A stretch of DNA of 34,822 nucleotides. It comes from an uncultured cyanobacterium. Lineage in GTDB: Bacteria > Cyanobacteriota > Cyanobacteriia > Cyanobacteriales > Cyanobacteriaceae. Every line of letters starts with the position of its first letter. Position 1 is the first letter of the stretch. The notes beneath the pieces were generated by a model, which saw only the letters and a program-made list of their open reading frames with translations, was not told the origin of the DNA and ran no database searches. Position numbers and translations under genes: made by a program. The DNA lies in contig CAVVOP010000004.1 in assembly GCA_963749915.1 (NCBI GenBank), forward strand, positions 1-34,822, given 5' to 3'. This document shows positions 10,527 to 18,891 of the stretch, piece after piece.

Positions 10527-11174
10527 GTCGAGGGATTTATCCGCCAAGTGTTGGGGTGGCGGGAATACATGAACGGACTCTATCACTATCTGGATGATAA
10601 CTATTCCCAGAGTAACTGGTTCCATCACACTGAGCCGCTACCCGATTTTTATTGGTATAGTTATGAGACCGATATGAACTGTCTCTATCAAGTTCTCAAT
10701 CAGGTAGAAAACACGGGCTACGCCCACCACATTCAGAGGCTGATGATCTTGAGCAATTTTGCTTTAATTTCTGGTGTTTCCCCCCAAGAAATTGAAGCTT
10801 GGTTTCACGCTGCTTTCGTGGATGCTTACGACTGGGTGATGCAAACAAATGTGATAGGAATGGGGCAGTTTGCTGATGGAGGAATATTAGCGTCTAAACC
10901 TTATGGTTCCTCAGCCAACTATATCAATAAAATGAGTGACTACTGCAGTAATTGCTGTTATAATCGCGGCGATCGCACCGGAGAAAAAGCCTGCCCCTTT
11001 AACTTTTTCTACTGGGACTTCCTTGACCGACACCAAGAGAAGCTCAAATCCCTTGGGCGCATGAATTTAGTGCTAGGAAATCTCAAGCGCATGGAAGCAG
11101 AAGAACTCAAAAAAATCCGTGCTTTGGCTCAAAATTGGAAGCATAATAAGAATAAGCCCAAATCTCACCTCTAA
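10527..11174 (+). pseudogene. Cryptochrome/photolyase family (FeS-cluster PhrB/CryB type), C-terminal part only
   Basis: VEGFIRQVLGWREYM, GYAHHIQRLM, DAYDWV and YINKMSDYCSNC...ACPF; no N-terminal domain or start codon. Confidence 0.88.
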
Positions 11175-11183
11175 CTAACCCTC

Positions 11184-11339
11184 ATGGCACGCCAGAGATC
11201 TAAATCAAACCTCCCGACAAAAATTTGCCCTGTCTGCGGGCTTTCTTTCCAGTGGCGCAAAAAATGGGCTGATTGCTGGGATGAGGTGAAATACTGTTCA
11301 GAACGCTGTCGCCGCCGCCGCTCCCAAGTTAGTCAATAA
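11184..11339 (+). CDS. DUF2256-type small zinc-binding protein (51 aa, not in the ORF track)
   Basis: [51 protein letters not shown]; a typical neighbour of photolyase-like genes. Confidence 0.88.
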   Translation: MARQRSKSNLPTKICPVCGLSFQWRKKWADCWDEVKYCSERCRRRRSQVSQ

Positions 11340-11342
11340 TTC

Positions 11343-11470
11343 GTCATCGATTTCCTGCTAGCACTTCTACTAAACCGGCGGCTTTCAAGGCGGCGGTGAG
11401 GGTGTTGAAGGAACTCGCTGAAGCAGCAATCTCAACAATCGTCTGCTGCTTGGCTTCAGCTTTTACCTGA
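11343..11470 (-). pseudogene. Fasciclin-domain gene fragment
   Basis: Minus strand reads AEAKQQTIVEIAASASSFNTLTAALKAAGLVEVLAG, then stops. Confidence 0.75.
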
Positions 11471-11504
11471 GAGATGGCTGTGGGACGAGCGGCACTAAAT
11501 TAGA

Positions 11505-11855
11505 CTACAGGGAATTTCCTTCGATAGGGAAACCAGCCGCCTTCCAAGCAGCCGCACCACCCGCTAATTCGGCGACATTTTGATAGCCGGCTTCCTTGAG
11601 CAAGGCAGCAGCGGCAGCCGTTTCTTCATCGCTAGAGCCGTAAACGTAGATATCCCGAACTAATTCGAGGTTCATGAGCGATTGTTCGGCCAGTTGGCCC
11701 AGAGGAAAAGAAATGGCTCCCGTGATGTGGCTGGTTTTGAAAACGTCTCGTGAACGAACGTCAATAATGGTCAGAGTCGGTTCGCCCCAGTCAAGGCGTT
11801 TCTTTAGGTCGTAGATGCGAGACTTAGATTTTAGTGGTTCGGGAATGGTCATCAT
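11505..11855 (-). CDS. Rhodanese-like domain protein
   Basis: LKKRLDWGEPTLTIIDVR, HITGAISFP and LAGGAAAWKAAGFPIE. Confidence 0.88.
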   Translation of the reverse strand: MMTIPEPLKSKSRIYDLKKRLDWGEPTLTIIDVRSRDVFKTSHITGAISFPLGQLAEQSLMNLELVRDIYVYGSSDEETAAAAALLKEAGYQNVAELAGGAAAWKAAGFPIEGNSL

Positions 11856-12168
11856 GATGATTTCTGGGTGTGAGATAGCTTCTATGAATAGTGTAACGAA
11901 CTATTAATTTTTTGTAAAGGTTTGTTGCAAAATTATTGACAGAATGGGATATTTATGAACTCTAATTCCCCAGACTAACAGGATGACTCTTATAACCTAA
12001 TGACCTGGGCTTTCCCAAGAATTAGTCACGCTACCGCCTGCTGTCCATCCCAAAACAGCGATGACGTTGTCCTCGCTGCTTGCCAAAATAATTATTATTT
12101 TCGCACCAGGCTCAGGACTTATGATAGAATCTAAAGAAAATATTAAGTTTTTCCCAAATCGCTCAGAA

Positions 12169-12408
12169 ATGAGGTGCAGCACTATGGAAGTTTCAACGTT
12201 ACGCCAGCTCTGGTCTTTGATTGAGAAAACCCAGACCAATACTCTGCTTCAGCTCAGCGATCCTGATTTGGTCGAGTGGTTACTCGGACAGATTGAGAAG
12301 CGAAAATCGCTTTCTCTTGAGGAAAACAACATCTTGACTACCTACATCCGCTCCAAAAGCTCACTGATTCGCGATTTGGCTGAGGCTCGCCTAGTGGTCT
12401 GTCAATAA
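12169..12408 (+). CDS. Conserved cyanobacterial hypothetical protein
   Basis: LRQLWSLIEKTQ...LVEWLL...YIRSKSSLIRDLAEAR resembles a small cyanobacterial family; start uncertain. Confidence 0.6.
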   Translation: MRCSTMEVSTLRQLWSLIEKTQTNTLLQLSDPDLVEWLLGQIEKRKSLSLEENNILTTYIRSKSSLIRDLAEARLVVCQ

Positions 12409-12409
12409 A

Positions 12410-12630
12410 AAACTGACGGGTATTTTATCGGTTATAGCGATGGTCGGAATTTTAGTTCCTTTAATTCTCCTCTACTTGAGTTTAGGCATTAACTTAACCT
12501 GAGTTTTGGTTAAGCAGATTGATTGGAGTGGCTGGGGAATTAGTCCTCAAGTTTGGACAGCAATCATGATGGTAGTAAGTGCGATTATAGCTGTAATAGT
12601 CACCTGGCAACGCAGGGATATCATTTGTAT
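12410..12630 (+). pseudogene. Membrane-protein fragments (tryptophan-rich sensory protein-like)
   Basis: ILSVIAMVGILVPLILLYLSLGI and DWSGWGISPQVWTAIMMVVSAIIAVIVTWQRRD, with no start codon. Confidence 0.45.
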
Positions 12631-12659
12631 GTATCTGTTTTAGTTGTATAGGGTTTGAA

Positions 12660-14757
12660 CCCACATTCCGCACGTCAAACTGTATAAATTCAGATTACGA
12701 GGTTAGAGGTTGAACAGTGATTGACTACGACAAGAAATACTCGGTGATTAGTTCTCTAGCTTATCAAGAGAACTCAGATAAATTAGTAGAAAAATGAGCA
12801 ACGTTTAAGGGATAATTAAATTCAGTTTTTAATTTAATTTTGGAAATGATGTTTTCAGAAGATATACAAGTTCAAACCATTAATCATTTAGGATTAATTG
12901 CTGGAGTTATAGATGAAATTGGCATTGAAGAAATTATTAATGATGCCCTCGGTATTGACGAGAGGGAAATCGTGACAGCAGGTCAAATAGTCAAAGCAAT
13001 TATTCTGAACGGATTAGGATTTATTTCTCGACCTCTTTATCTATTTCCACAGTTTTTTAAAGACAAAGCCACAGAACATTTAATCGGAAAAGGAATACTA
13101 CCTGAGCATTTGAACGATGATAGAATTGGAAGAATAATGGATGAACTTTATGAAAAAAGATTATCTTCATTATTTTTAATTATTGCTTTAGCCACAGTAA
13201 AAAAATATAATATCAACATAGATTTTTCTCATTTAGATTCAACTTCTTTTGCGGTAGAGGGGAAATATAGTCAGGAAAAAATCACCAAAAATTTGGTGAA
13301 AGAAAATGCAGAATTAGAGTTAATTAATCAAATTCCAATTAAAATAATTAAAGGTTATTCCCGTGACCATCGACCAGATTTAAAACAATTTATTTTGGAT
13401 TTAATTGTGAGTGGTGATGGTGATATTCCACTATTCTTAAGAGTAGCAGATGGTAATGAAAATGATAGAGCAGTTTTCGGCAAAATAGCGAAAGAATACA
13501 AATCAATGATAGATTTCGAGACGATGATAGTAGGTGATAGTGCCTTATATACAGAAAATAACCTCAAATTGATGAGTGGAATAGAATGGTTATCGAGAGT
13601 TCCATTATCAATAAAAGATGCCCTCAATTTAGTTTCAGAACTGGGTGAATCTGATTTTACTCCCAGCAGTTTAGAAGGATATTCATGGTGCGAAGTGAAA
13701 AATAATTATGCAGAAATTGAGCAAAGATGGTTAGTAATAGAAAGTGAAAAAAGAAAGAAATCAGATCTCGAAAAGCTGAGAAAAAAAATAGAGAAAGAAA
13801 AAGAAAAAGCAGAAAAAACATTAACAAAGTTGATGAAAGAAGAATTTAGCTCATCAGAAGTAGCAGAGGAAATAGTTTTAAGACTGAATAAGACTTTAAA
13901 ATATCATGAAATAACCGAGATAAAAATTAGAGAAAATGAGTTAAAAAAGCAGCAAAAAAAATCTAAAAAGAAAGAAGAAAAATTAGGAAAAACTCATCAA
14001 GTTACGGCTGTTTTAAAATCAGATTTAACGAAAATAGCCGAATTAGAAAAAAGAGCGGGAAGATTTGTCTTAGCCACGAATAGATTAGATAAAAGTAAAT
14101 TTAGTTCCGATGAGATTCTAATTAAATATAAAGAACAACAAGCCGCAGAAAGAGGTTTTAGTTTTCTGAAAGATCCATTATTTTTTGCAGATAGTGTGTT
14201 TTTAAAAACCCCAAAAAGAATCGAAACAATGGCAATGTTGATGGGGTTATGCCTGTTGGTATATTCTTTGGGGCAAAGAGAAGTGCGTCGCTTATTAGAG
14301 GAGAGAAAAACGGGGATAAAAAATCAGCTAGGAAAACTAACGGAACGTCCAACGTTAAGATGGATATTTCAATGTTTTCAGGGGATTCATTTAGTAATAA
14401 ATCAAGGAATAAAACAGATAGTAAATCTAACAAATGAACGAAAACTGATTTTAAATTTTTTCCCGATTTCTTGTCATAATTATTATATTTTATCTGGATA
14501 ACTTATGGGATTTAAGAGTCTAAACATTCTCAATTATAATACCATAAATAAAGAAGAGAAAACTGATAGATTTGCTCTGTTTATTTATTCTCATTAAAGG
14601 TGAAGTTATTGACAATGAGATTTTAATTTGAGCAAAGTTCGCGAGTACAAAACGCGAACAAAGAAGATATTGAGTATTATTACTTATATTTTGTCCAAAA
14701 TAAGTTGCTTGGTTTTAATATTTTTATCATCTTACAAAGTGACGTGCGGAATGTGGG
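12660..14757 (+). mobile_element. IS1634-family insertion sequence
   Basis: IRs CCCACATTCCGCACGTCA (12660-12677) and TGACGTGCGGAATGTGGG (14740-14757); no exact direct TSD. Confidence 0.92.
12840..14501 (+). CDS. IS1634-family transposase
   Basis: HLGLIAG, HLNDDRIGR, HLDSTSF, GYSRDHRPDLKQ and YKEQQAAERGFSFLKDP; frame intact. Confidence 0.93.
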   Translation: MEMMFSEDIQVQTINHLGLIAGVIDEIGIEEIINDALGIDEREIVTAGQIVKAIILNGLGFISRPLYLFPQFFKDKATEHLIGKGILPEHLNDDRIGRIMDELYEKRLSSLFLIIALATVKKYNINIDFSHLDSTSFAVEGKYSQEKITKNLVKENAELELINQIPIKIIKGYSRDHRPDLKQFILDLIVSGDGDIPLFLRVADGNENDRAVFGKIAKEYKSMIDFETMIVGDSALYTENNLKLMSGIEWLSRVPLSIKDALNLVSELGESDFTPSSLEGYSWCEVKNNYAEIEQRWLVIESEKRKKSDLEKLRKKIEKEKEKAEKTLTKLMKEEFSSSEVAEEIVLRLNKTLKYHEITEIKIRENELKKQQKKSKKKEEKLGKTHQVTAVLKSDLTKIAELEKRAGRFVLATNRLDKSKFSSDEILIKYKEQQAAERGFSFLKDPLFFADSVFLKTPKRIETMAMLMGLCLLVYSLGQREVRRLLEERKTGIKNQLGKLTERPTLRWIFQCFQGIHLVINQGIKQIVNLTNERKLILNFFPISCHNYYILSG

Positions 14758-14759
14758 TT

Positions 14760-15009
14760 CAAAGCTAATCTGACAAAGAGCTCTGGATGCGGAAAAAGTA
14801 AAACGGTTAAAAATGACTATCAGATTGAGCGGCTAAGGACTTGAAGCATTTTCAGGAGGGAATAGGTACTTGCAAGTATTTTGGATAAAGGGTTTCAGGG
14901 GTTTGAACCAAATAAAGATTAAACTTTTAAGTAAATTTTTCAGTTAGCTAGAAAAGGTGCTGGTCAAATTATGTGTTAACTTAGATAGTACAGGCTTCTA
15001 GCTGATACT
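14760..15009 (+). promoter_or_regulatory. CRISPR leader-like region of the mini-array
   Basis: Non-coding; contains AAGGGTTTCAG and AAGGTGCTGGTCAAA...GGCTTCTAGC motifs like cyanobacterial leaders; abuts the first repeat. Confidence 0.55.
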
Positions 15010-15117
15010 CTGATTTATTGCTTGATGTCGTAAGGCGTTACTCACTGGCTATTTGATAATCATCCCGCTTTTACTGGTAAAGTGTTTTATTACTTGATGT
15101 CGTAAGGCGTTATTCAA
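15010..15117 (+). CRISPR. Mini CRISPR array: two 36-nt type I-B-like repeats and one 36-nt spacer
   Basis: CTGATTTATTGCTTGATGTCGTAAGGCGTTACTCAC (15010-15045), spacer TGGCTATTTGATAATCATCCCGCTTTTACTGGTAAA (15046-15081), GTGTTTTATTACTTGATGTCGTAAGGCGTTATTCAA (15082-15117). Resembles the cyanobacterial I-B repeat ...TTGATGCCGTAAGGCGTTGAGCAC. Confidence 0.82.
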
Positions 15118-15188
15118 AGGAAAATTTTAGTAGTGCTCTTTTACTAAGATTTTAGACTTGCCCTTTCCCCATGTTGAGTTTTTCTCCC

Positions 15189-15358
15189 AATTATACAACT
15201 TTATTGTTCGACATAATTTGACATAAGGAGGACTCTGAACTCATCTATCTATCTCACAGTCCAAATTATACAACTTTATTTTTTAAGATGCCAATTCAGG
15301 GAACGAGAAATTGAGAGATTCATAAAAGGAAATTATAAGACTTTATTCTGTCTCTACA
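15189..15358 (-). mobile_element. Tn7-like transposon end (left-end architecture)
   Basis: Minus strand from 15358 reads TGTAGAGACAGAATAAAGTCTTATAATT (compare Tn7 TGTGGGCGGACAATAAAGTCTTAAAC). Three same-orientation sites: AATTATACAACTTTATT at 15189-15205 and 15264-15280, and AATTATAAGACTTTATT at 15331-15347. Confidence 0.82.
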
Positions 15359-15388
15359 CATGGGATTGTCCAGAGTGTGGTACGAGTT

Positions 15389-15691
15389 ATGAATAAACTT
15401 TTACTCATCATTCTTTTATTGTTGATAAGTGGTTGCCAATTCACAAGCTCAGAACTACCTACTTGTACAACAACTGACTGTGATTGCTCTGATTTTACTA
15501 CTCAAGAAGAAGCTCAGGCGGTGTTAGAGGCTTTTCCAGACGATCGCTACAGACTTGATGGTGACGGTAATGGTATTGCTTGTGAGTCATTACCTAGAGG
15601 CAAGAAAACTACTAGGGGCAATCTAGCTCGAAACGATTGCTATATAAGAGATTTAAAACTAATATTTTGCGATCACCTTAGAGAAAACTAA
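15389..15691 (+). CDS. Lipoprotein with an Excalibur calcium-binding domain (C-terminus possibly truncated)
   Basis: Lipobox [22 protein letters not shown]...[15 protein letters not shown]. Confidence 0.8.
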   Translation: MNKLLLIILLLLISGCQFTSSELPTCTTTDCDCSDFTTQEEAQAVLEAFPDDRYRLDGDGNGIACESLPRGKKTTRGNLARNDCYIRDLKLIFCDHLREN

Positions 15692-15763
15692 CCACGCTCG
15701 TCTTGTCGTCGATCAACTTGCTCCACTAAATCGGGATTTTGTTCTAATTGGTCTAGGAATAAG

Positions 15764-16325
15764 GCGATCGCCGAAAATTGTGATGAGGATACTACGATAA
15801 TTATTCCTTTTGCTAATCGTTTACCAACATCAATTAGATATTGGTTGGAGGATTTGATCAATATGGGGGTAACTATTTGTGCTGTAGCTAACAATAATCC
15901 TTGTAAAGATATTTTCCTAGAAATGCTGGAGATGGAGCTAGATTTACCGAAGGATAAGCAGATTCGGGAGATAATGAAGGATGCGGCACAGAGGTTGGGG
16001 TTAAGTTTGAGCGATCGTGCAACGCCAGGCTTCGCCTGATCGCAAATTAGCTGAATTACAATGTTATGTTGGGAAAAATCCGATGTTGGCAAGGAAGGCT
16101 ATTCAGAATGAGTATCTGGGGCTAAATAAACAAAATCCTCAGCATACCCAATATGTGGTCATTATGCCGATTATTATTGCTATTTTGATGGGTTTTGGCA
16201 TCGTTCGATTTATCGGTCTGGGTACAGGGAATAAGTCACTTTATATCTTTGGTGGTGTCACACTTGTGGCAGGGATGACTCTGAGGCAGTTAGGTAAAGT
16301 TAGTGGAGCGAGGAGGAAACTATAG
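15764..16325 (+). pseudogene. Plasmid-type ATPase-like/membrane protein, 5'-truncated and frameshifted by a 25-bp insertion
   Basis: ORFs 15845-16039 and 16017-16325 join (GLSLSDR|KLAELQ) when 16018-16042 is removed; two C-terminal hydrophobic segments. Confidence 0.6.
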
Positions 16326-16453
16326 GGCGGTCAATGATGATTTGATAGTCTAATTATTTTCTTATTATTTAGAATGGGTTTTAGTCATCAGCTTTTCTCT
16401 TAGCCCCTCATGACAAGAAGCCCATGTTTCCGCCAAATAGTTTATTTGTCTTC

Positions 16454-16852
16454 TTACTTAATAAATTGTTTCACATAATTAAGGTATCCCTGTCTTCCAT
16501 TCTTTTTTGTCCAAAAGTTGACTGATGATTTAAGACGTTTTAGACATTCAACAATTTCATCCAGTGTCGTATTACCGATATCTAAAATATCCTCTCCTTG
16601 TTCATCTGTCAATGGTGAGCGTCCTAACCTAATTTCACACATTGCCTGTACTGAATCACCAACTTGACGAGAAATACCACCCAAGGGACGGGAAAAAGAA
16701 CGACCTTGAATTTCAGCATTATAAAATCGGATCAACCAATCAAGTGCCGTTTCAACTTCCGCATCAATCAAATCAGGATTTTCTTGCCAAAAAAAGATAA
16801 TAGCTGCTTCTAAATTCTGTAATACATCTTGATAGTCCTCTTCAAAAGTCAT
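16454..16852 (-). CDS. Hypothetical protein
   Basis: 132-aa ATG ORF with natural composition (YQDVLQNLE...FWTKKNGRQGYLNYV). Confidence 0.7.
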   Translation of the reverse strand: MTFEEDYQDVLQNLEAAIIFFWQENPDLIDAEVETALDWLIRFYNAEIQGRSFSRPLGGISRQVGDSVQAMCEIRLGRSPLTDEQGEDILDIGNTTLDEIVECLKRLKSSVNFWTKKNGRQGYLNYVKQFIK

Positions 16853-17174
16853 GATTAATTTTGATTTAGTTAAATTTCTCTAGTATTTTACTAGGAAAAA
16901 GCAGAATTGGATTGCAGTTTTAACATTGAATTAATTTTTATCAGAGGCGTTCGATAACTTTATTCGCAAATTTTGCTCATTTACTTATTGTGGTTTTTAT
17001 ATCTTCCAAATCATCTATAAATAAATAATCAGAAAATTTGGGAAGAAGGCTTATTAATATCAGTCAGAATAGATGTTGTACCATCATTATCTAAAGATAT
17101 TTTAGCCTCATAATAAACAGCAATAATTTTCTTTTTGTAGAAAGATTATTATAATAATTGTAACTAAAATATTA

Positions 17175-17573
17175 ATGATAATGAAAGATATTATTACTGG
17201 TTTAAACGGCAAAAAAAATGTTAGACGAGATTTAAGTTCTAGCTGGGATAGAGCTTTTAATTTAGGTAGAGCAGACGCAGGGGAAGATTTCTTGATTAAT
17301 GGTTATCTGGGCAATACCAATTCAAAAGGATTTTATGATAGTGTTGACCGCTTACGATTTAGCACCAATAGTAATCTTCAGTTTGAGTTAAATACTGATC
17401 CTTCAGTTATTACTGAATTAGTTAGATTCGATTCTCAGGGAACAGCGACGGTAGTTGCTGATATAGAATATGGTAATTTTCTTTCTGCTAATCTTACCCC
17501 CGGAAATTATGGCTTAAGTTTTTTTGTGGAAGGAGATTTAATTGATTATCAAGTAAATGCTCAATTTCTCTAA
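17175..17573 (+). CDS. Hypothetical protein (beta-rich, PPC-like)
   Basis: 132-aa ORF flanked by AT-rich intergenic DNA; ANLTPGNYGL motif. Confidence 0.6.
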   Translation: MIMKDIITGLNGKKNVRRDLSSSWDRAFNLGRADAGEDFLINGYLGNTNSKGFYDSVDRLRFSTNSNLQFELNTDPSVITELVRFDSQGTATVVADIEYGNFLSANLTPGNYGLSFFVEGDLIDYQVNAQFL

Positions 17574-17674
17574 ACTTGATTAATTTCTACAGAGGATCAT
17601 TGATTAGACTCCGACTGGCAGAAAATAAACCTAGGTCATTGCGACTTATTTACATCTAACCCACATTCTCTCAG

Positions 17675-18488
17675 GTTTCCATTAATTCCACTACCCCGAA
17701 GGGTAGCGACGCATTTATTAGTCAGGGTTTAATAGCATTTTAGTCAAGATGGTTTCCATTAATTCCACTACCCCGAAGGGTAGCGACTAGCCGATTAGGT
17801 ATCGTAAGCGTGAATATGACTCCAGGTTTCCATTAATTCCACTACCCCGAAGGGTAGCGACCAGTACGAGGCGGCTAACAGGGAGATCCTGGTTACACGT
17901 GGCTGTTTCCATTAATTCCACTACCCCGAAGGGTAGCGACTAAACTAGTCAAATTCAGACTCAGTAGCAATCGAGTGATCTTGGATGTAGTATCATGGGT
18001 TTCCATTAATTCCACTACCCCGAAGGGTAGCGACTACAGGGCTAAACTGGATTACTTGAGAACTTGAATGACTAGGTTTCCATTAATTCCACTACCCCGA
18101 AGGGTAGCGACATAGAACTAAGGTTAGGACGCATTGTATCTTACAAAGAGGGTGTTTCCATTAATTCCACTACCCCGAAGGGTAGCGACAGTCCGATATT
18201 GCATACATGAAAGATGTCTAATCAACGTTTCCATTAATTCCACTACCCCGAAGGGTAGCGACACTACTATTACTGCGTACTTAATCATTGCTTTTTCCTT
18301 TGTTTCCATTAATTCCACTACCCCGAAGGGTAGCGACTAAATAACGTACGTGCAGCATATGGGATAGGTTTTGGTAAAGTTTCCATTAATTCCACTACCC
18401 CGAAGGGTAGCGACATCTAGAGCTTAGGTGGAACTATCAGGAGTAACATTCCGTTTCCATTAATTCCACTACCCCGAAGGGTAGCGAC
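17675..18488 (-). CRISPR. Orphan CRISPR array, 11 identical 36-nt repeats and 10 spacers
   Basis: Repeat GTTTCCATTAATTCCACTACCCCGAAGGGTAGCGAC starts at 17675, 17752, 17826, 17905, 17999, 18076, 18154, 18227, 18302, 18379 and 18453. Spacers are 37-43 nt, plus one of 58 nt. The minus-strand repeat ends in ATGGAAAC. Confidence 0.97.
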
Positions 18489-18680
18489 TGTCCTGATTTT
18501 AACTCCTTACCCTGTCTGGTGTCTAGGAGGGGTTTGCGAGGCTCATCAAAAAATCTTCGTGATTGCTTTTGTTTAATCATGCTTACATAACTGAAGCCTA
18601 TACCCTGTCTATTGCCGAGGCTCAGAACGAATTTGGTGGATTTGAGGTTATTTTGCTTTTGCTTCGCAGTCAGATAATAA
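18489..18680 (-). promoter_or_regulatory. CRISPR leader
   Basis: Non-coding; GGGGTTTGCGAG and a duplicated TACCCTGTCT motif, at the 5' end of the minus-strand array. Confidence 0.65.
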
Positions 18681-18891
18681 TGGACAACAAAAAGTAACAG
18701 ATAGCAACTAATTAATAAAAATTAGGTCTAACATTTTAGCCGTCGGGTTATTGTAATCAACAATAGTAATTGATGCTAATAACGATTAGTTAATAACAGA
18801 TTGTGACAGAGATATATTTGTTAGCCATTTTGGGCAGACTTTATTTATAGACAAAAATTCGGTGAAATCTTATTGAATGGAGGTTTGGTTT

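Noticed and set aside
15361..15396. WDCPECGT as a tnpB remnant
   Set aside because: It resembles the TnpB zinc ribbon but stops before the (H)DRD RuvC motif and is coupled to the next gene. It is too short to assign.
15688..16092. 134-aa minus-strand ORF
   Set aside because: It is mostly antisense to the plus-strand pseudogene; only the last ~27 codons may be real.
16400..16430. CAAGAAGCCC motif resembling an IS200/IS605 right end
   Set aside because: Too short, with no tnpB or supporting structure nearby.
17610..17645. Degenerate twelfth CRISPR repeat ending GCGAC
   Set aside because: Only 5 nt match and the gap would be 29 nt.
18124..18340. ORFs 18124-18318 (-) and 18134-18340 (+)
   Set aside because: They are translations of CRISPR repeats and spacers.
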